A stretch of 64,000 nucleotides of DNA from Macrostomum lignano (taxonomy: Eukaryota). The DNA is taken from contig NIVC01000036.1 in NCBI GenBank assembly GCA_002269645.1, positions 186,001 through 250,000 of the forward strand, read 5' to 3'. The translations under genes were made by a program, and so were the position numbers. The notes below the pieces were generated by a model that searched no databases, was not told the DNA's origin, and saw only the letters and a program-made list of their open reading frames with translations. Positions 25,110 to 38,200 of this stretch are shown here, piece by piece. Each line of letters begins with the position of its first letter. Positions within the stretch are counted from its first letter, which is position 1.

Positions 25110-25572
25110 GGTGGATGCTTGCTATTTAAGGATGGATACTTGCTATCAAGGGGATGCTTGCTATTGGGAGATGCTTACTCTTGGGGGGTGGAGGGTACTT
25201 GCTATCTAAGAGGGGTTGCTAGATATCTATAAGGTCTCTTTGTATCCAGGTTAATGCTTGCTATTTGGGGTTGCTTGCGGTCTGGGGGATGCTTGCTCTT
25301 GGTGGGTGGAGGGTACTTGCTATCTAAGAGGGGGTTGCTAGATATCTATAAGGTCTCTTTGTATCCAGGTTAATGCTTGCTATCTGGGGTTGCTTGCGGT
25401 CTGGGGGATGCTTGCTATTTGGGGGGAGCTTGCTATCTGGGGGATGCTTGCTATCAGGGGTTGCTTGCAGTCTGGGGGATGCTTGCTATCTGGGGTTGCT
25501 TGCAGTCTGGGGGATGCTTGCTATTTGGGGATCGATGCTTGAATGCTGTCTGAGGATGCTTGCTGTCTTGGG
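25110..25572. repeat. GGGATGCTTGCTATCT minisatellite, block 2 (more diverged)
   Basis: Same junction sequence as 20041-20110. Confidence 0.9.
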
Positions 25573-26671
25573 ATGTTTTGTTTTTAGAGGGAATGTCTGT
25601 TGTTTTTTATGAAGGCTTTATTTTGCTGTCTATTTGTTATTTGTGAAGAACAAGGATTCTATCCAGATGTCCCCCATCGGGGGCGAAGATTGCTAGTGAT
25701 TACCTAAAAATGTTTCTGCAACTTTAGGTTGAATGCCTCAAAGCTCTTAAAGTTAAATAACTTTATTTAATAACACTTTAAAAATATATATTATTGCAAA
25801 AATAGACAATTGTAAAAACAAGCAATATAATATAAAATTTTTGATCTCTCTTTTTTATTTACTTTCTTTTTTCAAAAGTAGTATTTCTTTTATGTTTGCA
25901 TAATTTTGTTTTGGTTTTTTGATTTTTTATATTTAGAAGCATATTCGGAACATTCAGATTTCTATAAAAGTGAGACTTTTTTCAGATTCGGATTCCAAAT
26001 CTGAATATTTGGATCTATCATTAATCCTGGGATTGGCAAAGTCTGGGATAGTAAAGATTGGCAAAGTCTCCTAATCCCATGAATCTTGAGATTGGAAAAA
26101 CTTGGGATTTTGTATTCCCTAATGAGATGTTTGTTCTAGAGGTCTCCCAAGTTTTGATTTTTTCAATATCCATTTTTTTTAAATTTATATATTGACTTTA
26201 TTTTGTATTTTGTCTAGAGACCTCTAATATCCAATAAATATTATATGCATAGGCCTAATTATATCTATAACTATGATAGTATTCTAACATTTCCTTGACT
26301 ATATATATTGCAAGAAACAATATTTACAATATAAAAAATAGGACTAATCACTACATATTTCTTATTCATCTTTATATTGCTTTACAATGAGAAGGACACC
26401 TTAGATAAGTAACAATATTGTTGCCAATTGTTTATTAGAAAGGCACTTAGGCAAAAAGGATCTTAAGAAGATTTGTATCAATCATCAAATTTATGACTAT
26501 GAGTAAGCTAAATATTAATATTTAGTCTGCAGACTTTTTTAGGCTGGATAGACCATAAAGTAAAAAGATAAGATAGTGATATTGCTGTTTTATTTTATTT
26601 AAAATTTTTTTGTCTATAATGAGTTTGGTCTTTGGATAACAAATTGATGTCAAAGTTTTGCAAATTTTCAG

Positions 26672-27112
26672 GACAATCCAGCATCAATCAATCACAGTGC
26701 CCTAACCAGTGGAGTGGACTACTGTGTTGGTGGCAATTTTGATTTGCCTATAATGGCATCGCCACCGCCTGTTCACCCAGTCAGATCTGTCACTCTGCTT
26801 CAGCCTAGCCAGCAGCAGCAGCAACAGAGTCTGCAACAGTTCAGTCTCACTGACCCAGACCTGGACAGCCCCAACTGGCAATATGCTGATTCTGATGGCC
26901 TGCCGCCGCAACTTCTCATGTCGCTGTATGAGAAGATTGCATCCGAAGGTGTTGCACAGTTGGAGTGGCGTCGGCCCTCGGAACAGCAGCCTCAGCCTCA
27001 TCCTCAGTCTACTCAGGGTCCGGCGTTTGTTGGCCAAACAATTTTGATTGCTGCTCATCAGCATCAGCAGCAACATCAGCAACAGCAGCAATACTTTTCT
27101 GTTAGCAAATAG
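26672..27112 (+). CDS. Gln-rich exon with a PAGR1 (PA1)-like motif
   Basis: TTTTCAG acceptor at 26671, open frame to TAG. DSPNWQYADSDG-LPPQLLMSLYEKIASEGVAQLEWRRP resembles PAGR1 DSEDWCVPCSDEE...[21 protein letters not shown]. The PAGR1 C-terminal motifs were not found. Confidence 0.45.
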   Translation, partial: DNPASINHSALTSGVDYCVGGNFDLPIMASPPPVHPVRSVTLLQPSQQQQQQSLQQFSLTDPDLDSPNWQYADSDGLPPQLLMSLYEKIASEGVAQLEWRRPSEQQPQPHPQSTQGPAFVGQTILIAAHQHQQQHQQQQQYFSVSK

Positions 27113-27149
27113 AATTTTTGGAGTCCCCAAATCTTGAAGCTAAGAGTGT

Positions 27150-28490
27150 TAAAAGTCCCTAGATCCCAAGGTTAAAAAATCCCGAGATCCCAAGGTTAGA
27201 AGTCCCGAGATCTCAAGGTTAAAAAATCCCGAGATCCCAATGTTAGAAGTCCTTAGATCCCAAGGTTAAAAAATCCCGAGATCCCAAGGTTAGAAGTCCC
27301 GAGATCCCAAGGTTAGAAGTCCCGAGATCTCAAGGTTAAAAAATCCCGAGATCCCAATGTTAGAAGTCCTTAGATCCCAAGGTTAAAAAATCCCGAGATC
27401 CCAAGGTTAGAAGTCCCGAGATCTCAAGGTTAAAAAATCCCGAGATCCCAATGTTAGAAGTCCTTAGATCCCAAGGTTAAAAAATCCCGAGATCCCAAGG
27501 TTAGAAGTCCCGAGATCTCAAGGTTAAAAAATCCCGAGATCCCAATGTTAGAAGTCCCTAGATCCCAAGGTTAAAAAATCCCGAGATCCCAATGTTAGAA
27601 GTCCCGAGATCTCAAGGTTAAAAAATCCCGAGATCCCAAGGTTAGAAGTCCTTAGATCCCAAGGTTAAAAAATCCCGAGATCCCAATGTTAGAAGTCCCG
27701 AGATCTCAAGGTTAAAAAATCCCGAGATCCCAAGGTTAGAAGTCCCAAGATCTCAAGGTTAAAAATCCTGAGATCCCAAGGTTAGAAGTCCTGAGATCCC
27801 AAGGTAGAAGTCCCGAGATTCCAAGGTTAGAAGTCCCGAGATCCCAATGTTAAAATTCCCGAGATCCCAAGGTTAGAAGTCCTGAGACCCCAATGTTAGA
27901 AATTCCGAGGTCCCAATGTTAGAAGTCCCGAGATCTCAAGGTTAAAAGTCCTGAGATCCCAAGGTAGAAGTCCCGACATCCCAAGATTAGAAATCCCAAT
28001 GTTAAAATGTTAAAAGTCCCGAGATCCCAATGTTAGAAGTCCCTAGATCCCAAGGTTAAAAAATCCCGAGATCCCAATGTTAGAAGTCCCGAGATCTCAA
28101 GGTTAAAAATCCTGAGATCCCAAGGTTAGAAGTCCCAAGATCTCAAGGTTAAAAATCCTGAGATCCCAAGGTAGAAGTCCCGAGATTCCAAGGTTAAAAG
28201 TCCCGAGATCCCAATGTTAAAATTCCCGAGATCCCAAGGTTAGAAGTCCTGAGACCCCAATGTTAGAAATTCCGAGGTCCCAATGTTAGAAGTCCCGAGA
28301 TCTAAAGGTTAAAAGTCCTGAGATCCCAAGGTAGAAGTCCCGACATCCCAAGATTAGAAATCCCAATGTTAAAATGTTAAAAGTCCCGAGATCCCAAGGT
28401 TAGAAGTCCTGAGATCCCAAGGTTAGAAGTCCCGAGATCCCAAGATTAGAAGTCCCAAGATCCCAACGTTAGAAGTCCCGAGATTCCGGA
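27150..28490. repeat. 23/24-bp minisatellite (CCCGAGATCCCAAGGTTAGAAGT)
   Basis: Direct reading. Confidence 0.95.
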
Positions 28491-29127
28491 GCTAAGAGTC
28501 CCTTTATTTACTTTTGACTTTATTTACTTTTTTACTTTCTACTTTTGTCTTTTAACCAGGTTAGGGTTCCAAAAAAATTAATTGATAGCTATTAGTATTT
28601 AATTATTGCTTCTTTTCTTAAAAAAAACTTGAGATTCTTTATTCAGTCTTTAATTCTTCCCTTTTATGATATTGCCTTCCAGGTGTTTTGCTTTGATGCA
28701 GATTTTTTTAGTTTATTTATGTTTTGTTATTCGTTACTGCAAGTAGGCTGATGCAGCTATAGCGAGTTTTTTTACTCTTTTATTTATTTTTAATCAGTTT
28801 GTAACTTATTTTCATTGCCTTTTTCGTGGTTATCCTGAGCAATTGCAGCAAGAAATTCTGTGATTTTTTTACATTTATAGTTTAACTACTAATTAATTTA
28901 ATTTATCAAATACGCAGCTATTGATCTCAGAATCATATTGTGTAGCTTACATTCAACTGAATTTCTAATTGTTTTGCCTTGCATACGTGTGTATGAATAT
29001 CTATCCAAATATACTACTTGTAGAAATTGTAATCCATTTTTACTTTTTTTACTAAAATCTTTAGTTGGGTTTAATAACTATTTGCAGGCTAATACTTTTG
29101 ACATTTCTTTCGTTTTTTGCTAACCTA

Positions 29128-30712
29128 TGCCACCCTATCTAGCGCCACCCTATGCAGCGCCAATTTCGGCGCCACCCTATCTAGCGCCAACTTCGGCGCC
29201 ACCCTATCTAGCGCTACTCGTAATTTCGGTGTCACCCTATCTAGCGCCACTTTTGGCTCAGCGCCACTTGGCGCCACCCTATCCAAGCGTCACTTTCGGC
29301 GCCACCCTATCTAGCGTCACTTTCGGCGCCACCCTATCCAGAGTCACTTTCGGCGCCACCCTATCCAGCGTCACTTTCGGCGCCACCCTATCCAGCGTCA
29401 CTTTCGGCGCCACCCTATTCAGCGTCACTTTTGGCGCTACCCTATCTAGCGTCACTTTTGGCGCCACCCTATCCAGCGTCACTTTCGGCGCCACCCTATC
29501 TAGCGTCACTTTCGGCGCCACCCTATTCAGCGTCACTTTTGGCGCTACCCTATCTAGCGTCACTTTTGGCGCCACCCTATCCAGCGTCAATTTCGGCGCC
29601 ACCCTATCCAGCGTCACTTTCGGCGCCACCCTATCCAGCGTCACTTTCGGCGCCACCCTATCCAAGCGTCACTTTCGGCGCCACCCTATCTAGCGTCACT
29701 TTCGGCGCCACCCTATCCAGAGTCACTTTCGGCGCCACCCTATCCAGCGTCACTTTCGGCGCCACCCTATCCAGAGTCACTTTCGGCGCCACCCTATCCA
29801 GAGTCACTTTCGGCGCCACCCTATCCAGCGTCACTTTCGGCGCCACCCTATCCAGCGTCACTTTCGGCGCCCTATCCAGCGTCACTTTCGGCGCCCTATC
29901 CAGCGTCACTTTCGGCGCCACCCTATCCAGCGTCACTTTCGGCGCCACCCTATCCAGCGTCACTTTCGGCGCCCTATCCAGCGTCACTTTCGGCGCCACC
30001 CTATCCAGCGTCACTTTCGGCGCCACCCTATCCAGCGTCACTTTTGGCGCCACCCTATCCAGCGTCACTTTCGGCGCCACCCTATCCAAGCGTCACTTTC
30101 GGCGCCACCCTATCCAAGCGTCACTTTCGGCGCCACCCTATCTAGCGTCACTTTGGGCGCCACCCTATCTAGCGTCACTTTTGGCGCCACCCTATCCAGC
30201 GTCACTTTGGGCGCCACCCTATCCAGCGTCACTTTCGGCGCCACCCTATCCAGCGTCACTTTCGGCGCCACCCTATCCAGCGTCACTTTCGGCGCCACCC
30301 TATCCAGAGTCACTTTCGGCGCCACCCTATCTAGCGTCACTTTCGGCGCCACCCTATCTAGCGTCACTTTCGGCGCCACCCTATCTAGCGTCACTTTCGG
30401 CGCCACCCTATCCAGAGTCACTTTCGGCGCCACCCTATCCAGCGTCACTTTCGGCGCCACCCTATCTAGCGTCACTTTCGGCGCCACCCTATTCAGCGTC
30501 ACTTTTGGCGCTACCCTATCTAGCGTCACTTTTGGCGCCACCCTATCCAGCGTCACTTTCGGCGCCACCCTATCTAGCGTCACTTTCGGCGCCACCCTAT
30601 CCAGCGTCACTTTCGGCGCCACCCTATCCAGCGTCACTTTCGGCGCCACCCTATCCAGCGTCACTTTCGGCGCCACCCTATCCAGCGTCACTTTCGGCGC
30701 CACTCTGTCTGC
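29128..30712. repeat. 27-bp minisatellite (CGGCGCCACCCTATCCAGCGTCACTTT)
   Basis: Direct reading; 9-residue periodicity in the spurious ORFs. Confidence 0.97.
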
Positions 30713-31191
30713 TACTCCATAATAAATGTACTTTTCATGTGCATTCATAAGGGGAATGGGATGCATTTTTCGCTTTCACGCATGACGCAGCACAAGGAAG
30801 CCTTAGAGAGATCATCGCCACCCTCTATACAGTGGGCTATTATTAATGGATACTTCAGTCTGCATCCTTACGAGGTGCACATGCATGCTCATGGCTGTTG
30901 ACATCGCTCAGCAGTCCCCTCTCAAGGTGTGAGGCGACTCACGAGTACACATATGCATTTATGAAGTTGATTGGCTTAGGAGGAAAATTGCTAAGTGTTG
31001 CTTGCCTGGTTTAGTTGTGTCATTAGTTGCTGCTGAGTCTCTTTCACGTCGTATGCATGGTTAACCTGGATTCGCTGTCGTAGTGTGGGGCACTAACTTA
31101 GAGAGGCCCCGTGCTGTCAGCTCTCGTGCGTCTCATGCTGCAAGCGTCAATTTGATGCACTTTTTATTTATTTGCACTTTTCTGTCTACAG

Positions 31192-31250
31192 AGACACCGA
31201 TTCAGTTGCTTGCCTGTTATTGCTTGCTAATCTGGGCCTGCATCATGCAG
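31192..31250 (+). other. Candidate 59-nt internal exon
   Basis: Polypyrimidine tract with TCTACAG acceptor and CAG|GTGCGT donor; two open frames; no homology recognised. Confidence 0.25.
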
Positions 31251-31317
31251 GTGCGTGCTTGTTGATGCTTGGATGCAATGGAGAAAAATTAAGAGATCTT
31301 GCAGGTTTTTCTAGAAC

Positions 31318-31555
31318 CTCAGTTACTGGGCCACAGCCTACCAGATCCTCAGTTGCTGGGCCAGCCTCCTACAGTGTCAGTTGCTGGGCCAGCCTCCCAC
31401 AGTGCCAGTTGCTGGGCCAGCCTCCCACAGTGCCAGTTGCTGGGCCAGCCTCCCAGATCCTCAGTTGCTAAGGCAGCCTCCCACACTGTCAGTTGCTGGG
31501 TCAGCCTCCCAGTGTCAGTTGCTGGGCCAGCCTCCCAGAGTGTCAGTGCTGGGCA
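31318..31555. repeat. 28-bp minisatellite (GTTGCTGGGCCAGCCTCCCACAGTGTCA)
   Basis: About 8 degenerate copies. Confidence 0.9.
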
Positions 31556-32261
31556 AGCCCCCCCCCCCCCCAGATCCTCAGCTTAGCCACACGGGACCAG
31601 GCTAACAGCAGATGCATGAGTAATTAATAATCTCCAGCCACACGGCACACGCAAATCTTGCTACGAGAACTAACCAAACTAAAAATTGAGCAGCTCAGTG
31701 TTAGTCGTATATTACAAAACGCAACAGGGTCTGAAACGCCACGTTAAGGTGAGAAACAGCCTAAACACACAAGACACTGCATGCAGGCTCGAATCGTGCT
31801 CAAGTGTGCAGCACCGGCGGGCTCCAATACAGAGGACGAGAAGCTTCAATCTTGAACTCACGCAGCTTCATTCTCTAATATACACTTCGGCTGTCATGGG
31901 TTGCATTGTATTAAATTCGCTGCTATGGAGCTATTCGATATAGTGTAGTTCTTCAATTTCAATTTTTTTATTAAACTGGTTGAGCTCTATGGGGGGGGGG
32001 GGCGCAGGCAAGCCGCAGTGACAGTCTCAGTGTATCAAAATATCTCGGAAAATTTTCTGCGCATAGCCATGTATCTATTATACGACTATATGGAGTTGGC
32101 AGGTACTCAAAAATGCTTTTTATTTTAGGTGAACTGATGACTCACAACGCCTGACTGACTGACAGGTTTCAGCTATCTCTTATGAGACTTTTTTCTGCAA
32201 ACGAAGTACGAAACGAACCTTGAGACCTGCAGGACACCGATCTGTATGGATTTCTTAAATC

Positions 32262-35200
32262 TAAGATCCCGAATCACCGGTTTTCTTTACCTGAGATCAC
32301 AAATCACCGGTTCTCTTTACCTGTGATCCCAAATCACCGATCTCTTCACCTGAGATCCCAAATCACCGGTTCTCTTCACCTGAGATCCCAAATCACCGAT
32401 TCTCTTCACCTGAGATTCCAAATCACCGGATTTCTTGACCTGAGATCCCAAATCACCGGTTCTCTTTAACTGAGATCCCAAACACCGGTTCTCTTTACCC
32501 GAGATCCTAAATCACCGGTTATCTTTACCTAAGATCCCAAATCACCGGTTGTCTTCACCTGAAATCCCAAATCGCCGGTTATCTTGACCGGAGACGGAGA
32601 TCCAAAATCACCGATTCTCTTCACCTGAGATCCCAAATCGCCGGTTATCTTGACCGGAGATCAAAAATCACCGGTTCTCTTCACCTGAGATCCCAAATCG
32701 CCGGTTATCTTGACCGGAGATAAAAAAATCACCGGTTCTCTTCACCTGAGATCCCAAATCACCGGTTATCTTCACCTGAGATCCAAAATCACCGGTTCTC
32801 TTCACCTGAGATCCCAAATCGCCGGTTATCTTGACCGGAGACGGAGATCCAAAATCACCGGTTCTCTTCACCTGAGATCCCAAATCGTCGGTTATCTTGA
32901 CCGGAGATCCAAAATCACCGGTTCTCTTCACCTGAGATCCCAAATCACCGGTTATCTTCACCTGAGATCCAAAATCACCGGTTCTCTTCACCTGAGATCC
33001 CAAATCGCCGGTTATCTTGACCGGAGACGGAGATCCAAAATCACCGATTCTCTTCACCTGAGATCCCAAATCGCCGGTTATCTTGACCGGAGATCAAAAA
33101 TCACCGGTTCTCTTCACCTAAGATCCCAAATCACCGGTTCTCTTTAACTGAGAAACAAATCACCGGTTCTCTTCACCTGAGATCCCAAATCGCCGGTTAT
33201 CTTGACCGGAGATCAAAAATCACCGGTTCTCTTCACCTAAGATCCCAAATCACCGGTTCTCTTTAACTGAGAAACAAATCACCGGTTCTCTTCACCTGAG
33301 ATCCCAAATCGCCGGTTATCTTGACCGGAGATCCAAAATCACCGGTTCTCTTCACCTGAGATCCCAAATCACCGGTTCTCTTTACCTGAGATCCCAAATC
33401 ACCGATTCTCTTCACCTGAGATCCCAAATCGCCGGTTATCTTGACCGGAGACGGAGATCCAAAATCACCGATTCTCTTCACCTGAGATCCCAAATCGCCG
33501 GTTATCTTGACCGGAGATCAAAAATCACCGGTTCTCTTCACCTGAGATCCCAAATCGCCGGTTATCTTGACCGGAGATAAAAAATCACCGGTTCTCTTCA
33601 CCTGAGATCCAAAATCACCGGTTCTCTTCACCTGAGATCCCAAATCGCCGGTTATCTTGACCGGAGATAAAAAATCACCGGTTCTCTTCACCTGAGATCC
33701 CAAATCGCCGGTTATCTTGACCGGAGATCAAAAATCACCGGTTCTCTTCACCTAAGATCCCAAATCACCGGTTCTCTTTAACTGAGAAACAAATCACCGG
33801 TTCTCTTCACCTGAGATCCCAGATCGCCGGTTATCTTGACCGGAGATCCAAAATCACCGGTTCTCTTCACCTGAGATCCCAAATCACCGGTTCTCTTTAC
33901 CTGAGATCCCAAATCACCGATTCTCTTCACCTGAGATCCCAAATCGCCGGTTATCTTGACCGGAGACGGAGATCCAAAATCACCGATTCTCTTCACCTGA
34001 GATCCCAAATCGCCGGTTATCTTGACCGGAGATCAAAAATCACCGGTTCTCTTCACCTGAGATCCCAAATCGCCGGTTATCTTGACCGGAGATAAAAAAT
34101 CACCGGTTCTCTTCACCTGAGATCCAAAATCACCGGTTCTCTTCACCTGAGATCCCAAATCGCCGGTTATCTTGACCGGAGACGGAGATCCAAAATCACC
34201 GGTTCTCTTCACCTGAGATCCCAAATCGCCGGTTATCTTGACCGGAGATCAAAAATCACCGGTTCTCTTCACCTGAGATCCCAAATCGCCGGTTCTCTTC
34301 ACCTGAGATCCCAAATCGCCGGTTATCTTGACCGGAGATCAAAAATCACCGGTTCTCTTCACCTGAGATCCCAAATCGCCGGTTCTCTTCACCTGAGATC
34401 CCAAATCGCCGGTTATCTTGACTGGAGATCCTAAATCACCGGTTCTGTTTACCTGAGATCCCAAATCACCGATTCTCTTCACCCAAGATCCCAAATCACC
34501 GGTTCTCTTTACCCGAGATCCCAAGTCGCCGGTTATCTTGACTGGAGATCCCAAATCACCGGTTCTCTTCACCTGAGATCCCAAATCACCGGTTATCTTC
34601 ACCTGAGATCCCAAATCACCGGTTCTCTTCACCTGAGATCCCAAATCACCGGTTATCTTGACCGGAGATAAAAAATCACCGGTTCTCTTCACCTGAGATC
34701 CCAAATCACCGGTTATCTTCACCTGAGATCCAAAATCACCGGTTCTCTTCACCTGAGATCCCAAATCGCCGGTTATCTTGACCGGAGACGGAGATCCAAA
34801 ATCACCGGTTCTCTTCACCTGAGATCCCAAATCGTCGGTTATCTTGACCGGAGATCAAAAATCACCGGTTCTCTTCACCTAAGATCCCAAATCACCGGTT
34901 CTCTTTAACTGAGAAACAAATCACCGGTTCTCTTCACCTGAGATCCCAAATCGCCGGTTATCTTGACCGGAGATCCAAAATCACCGGTTCTCTTCACCTG
35001 AGATCCCAAATCACCGGTTCTCTTTACCTGAGATCCCAAATCACCGATTCTCTTCACCTGAGATCCCAAATCGCCGGTTATCTTGACCGGAGACGGAGAT
35101 CCAAAATCACCGATTCTCTTCACCTGAGATCCCAAATCGCCGGTTATCTTGACCGGAGATCAAAAATCACCGGTTCTCTTCACCTGAGATCCCAAATCGC

Positions 35201-38200
35201 CGGTTATCTTCACCTGAGATCCAAAATCACCGGTTCTCTTCACCTGAGATCCCAAATCGCCGGTTATCTTGACTGGAGATCCAAAATCACCGGTTCTCTT
35301 CACCTGAGATCCCAAACACCGGTTCTCTTTACCCGAGATCCTAAATCACCGGTTCTCTTCACCTGAGATCCCAAATCACCGGTTATCTTGACCGGAGATA
35401 AAAAATCACCGGTTCTCTTCACCTGAGATCCCAAATCACCGGTTATCTTCACCTGAGATCCAAAATCACCGGTTCTCTTCACCTGAGATCCCAAATCGCC
35501 GGTTATCTTGACCGGAGATCAAAAATCACCGGTTCTCTTCACCTGAGATCCCAAATCGCCGGTTATCTTGACCGGAGATAAAAAATCACCGGTTCTCTTC
35601 ACCTGAGATCCAAAATCACCGGTTCTCTTCACCTGAGATCCCAAATCGCCGGTTATCTTGACCGGAGACGGAGATCCAAAATCACCGGTTCTCTTCACCT
35701 GAGATCCCAAATCGCCGGTTATCTTGACCGGAGATCAAAAATCACCGGTTCTCTTCACCTGAGATCCCAAATCGCCGGTTATCTTGACCGGAGATCAAAA
35801 ATCACCGGTTCTCTTCACCTGAGATCCCAAATCGCCGGTTATCTTGACCGGAGATAAAAAATCACCGGTTCTCTTCACCTGAGATCCCAAATCACCGGTT
35901 ATCTTCACCTGAGATCCAAAATCACCGGTTCTCTTCACCTGAGATCCCAAATCGCCGGTTATCTTGACCGGAGACGGAGATCCAAAATCACCGGTTCTCT
36001 TCACCTGAGATCCCAAATCGTCGGTTATCTTGACCGGAGATCCAAAATCACCGGTTCTCTTCACCTGAGATCCCAAATCGCCGGTTATCTTGACCGGAGA
36101 TAAAAAATCACCGGTTCTCTTCACCTGAGATCCCAAATCACGGTTATCTTCACCTGAGATCCAAAATCACCGGTTCTCTTCACCTGAGATCCCAAATCGC
36201 CGGTTATCTTGACCGGAGACGGAGATCCAAAATCACCGGTTCTCTTCACCTGAGATCCCAAATCGTCGGTTATCTTGACCGGAGATCCAAAATCACCGGT
36301 TCTCTTCACCTGAGATCCCAAATCGCCGGTTATCTTGACCGGAGATAAAAAATCACCGGTTCTCTTCACCTGAGATCCCAAATCACCGGTTATCTTCACC
36401 TGAGATCCAAAATCACCGGTTCTCTTCACCTGAGATCCCAAATCGCCGGTTATCTTGACCGGAGACGGAGATCCAAAATCACCGATTCTCTTCACCTGAG
36501 ATCCCAAATCGCCGGTTATCTTGACCGGAGATCAAAAATCACCGGTTCTCTTCACCTAAGATCCCAAATCACCGGTTCTCTTTAACTGAGAAACAAATCA
36601 CCGGTTCTCTTCACCTGAGATCCCAAATCGCCGGTTATCTTGACCGGAGATCAAAAATCACCGGTTCTCTTCACCTAAGATCCCAAATCACCGGTTCTCT
36701 TTAACTGAGAAACAAATCACCGGTTCTCTTCACCTGAGATCCCAAATCGCCGGTTATCTTGACCGGAGATCCAAAATCACCGGTTCTCTTCACCTGAGAT
36801 CCCAAATCACCGGTTCTCTTTACCTGAGATCCAAATCACCGATTCTCTTCACCTGAGATCCCAAATCGCCGGTTATCTTGACCGGAGACGGAGATCCAAA
36901 ATCACCGATTCTCTTCACCTGAGATCCCAAATCGCCGGTTATCTTGACCGGAGATCAAAAATCACCGGTTCTCTTCACCTGAGATCCCAAATCGCCGGTT
37001 ATCTTGACCGGAGATAAAAAATCACCGGTTCTCTTCACCTGAGATCCAAAATCACCGGTTCTCTTCACCTGAGATCCCAAATCGCCGGTTATCTTGACCG
37101 GAGATAAAAATCACCGGTTCTCTTCACCTGAGATCCCAAATCGCCGGTTATCTTGACCGGAGATCAAAAATCACCGGTTCTCTTCACCTAAGATCCCAAA
37201 TCACCGGTTCTCTTTAACTGAGAAACAAATCACCGGTTCTCTTCACCTGAGATCCCAAATCGCCGGTTATCTTGACCGGAGATCCAAAATCACCGGTTCT
37301 CTTCACCTGAGATCCCAAATCACCGGTTCTCTTTACCTGAGATCCCAAATCACTGATTCTCTTCACCTGAGATCCCAAATCGCCGGTTATCTTGACCGGA
37401 GACGGAGATCCAAAATCACCGATTCTCTTCACCTGAGATCCCAAATCGCCGGTTATCTTGACCGGAGATCAAAAATCACCGGTTCTCTTCACCTGAGATC
37501 CCAAATCGCCGGTTATCTTGACCGGAGATAAAAAATCACCGGTTCTCTTCACCTGAGATCCAAAATCACCGGTTCTCTTCACCTGAGATCCCAAATCGCC
37601 GGTTATCTTGACCGGAGACGGAGATCCAAAATCACCGGTTCTCTTCACCTGAGATCCCAAATCGCCAGTTATCTTGACCGGAGATCAAAAATCACCGGTT
37701 CTCTTCACCTGAGATCCCAAATCGCCGGTTCTCTTCACCTGAGATCCCAAATCGCCGGTTATCTTGACCGGAGATCAAAAATCACCGGTTCTCTTCACCT
37801 GAGATCCCAAATCGCCGGTTCTCTTCACCTGAGATCCCAAATCGCCGGTTATCTTGACTGGAGATCCTAAATCACCGGTTCTCTTCACCTGAGATCCCAA
37901 ATCACCGGTTCTCTTCACCGAGATCCCAAATCGCCGGTTATCTTGACTGGAGATCCCAAATCACCGGTTCTCTTCACCTGAGATCCCAAATCATCGGTTA
38001 TCTTCACCTGAGATCCCAAATCACCGGTTCTCTTCACCTGAGATCCCAAATCACCGGTTATCTTGACCGGAGATAAAAAATCACCGGTTCTCTTCACCTG
38101 AGATCCCAAATCACCGGTTATCTTCACCTGAGATCCAAAATCACCGGTTCTCTTCACCTGAGATCCCAAATCGCCGGTTATCTTGACCGGAGACGGAGAT

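Larger units (their letters stand above)
18544..25696 (+). mobile_element. Non-autonomous Helitron carrying compound minisatellites
   Basis: 5' A|TCCTATATACTAAAA, then a (TGTA)n patch and AACCGATTTT motif; 3' CCCCCATCGGGGG hairpin 9 nt before CTAG|T. Pairing of the two ends is inferred. Confidence 0.6.
16988..26121. mobile_element. Ends of an old, CpG-decayed hAT-like TIR element enclosing younger insertions
   Basis: GGGAATACAA at about 16989 and 17008, inverse TTGTATTCCC at about 26110-26119; degenerate AATCC(CG)GGAT subterminal motifs at both ends. No TSD identified. Confidence 0.4.
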
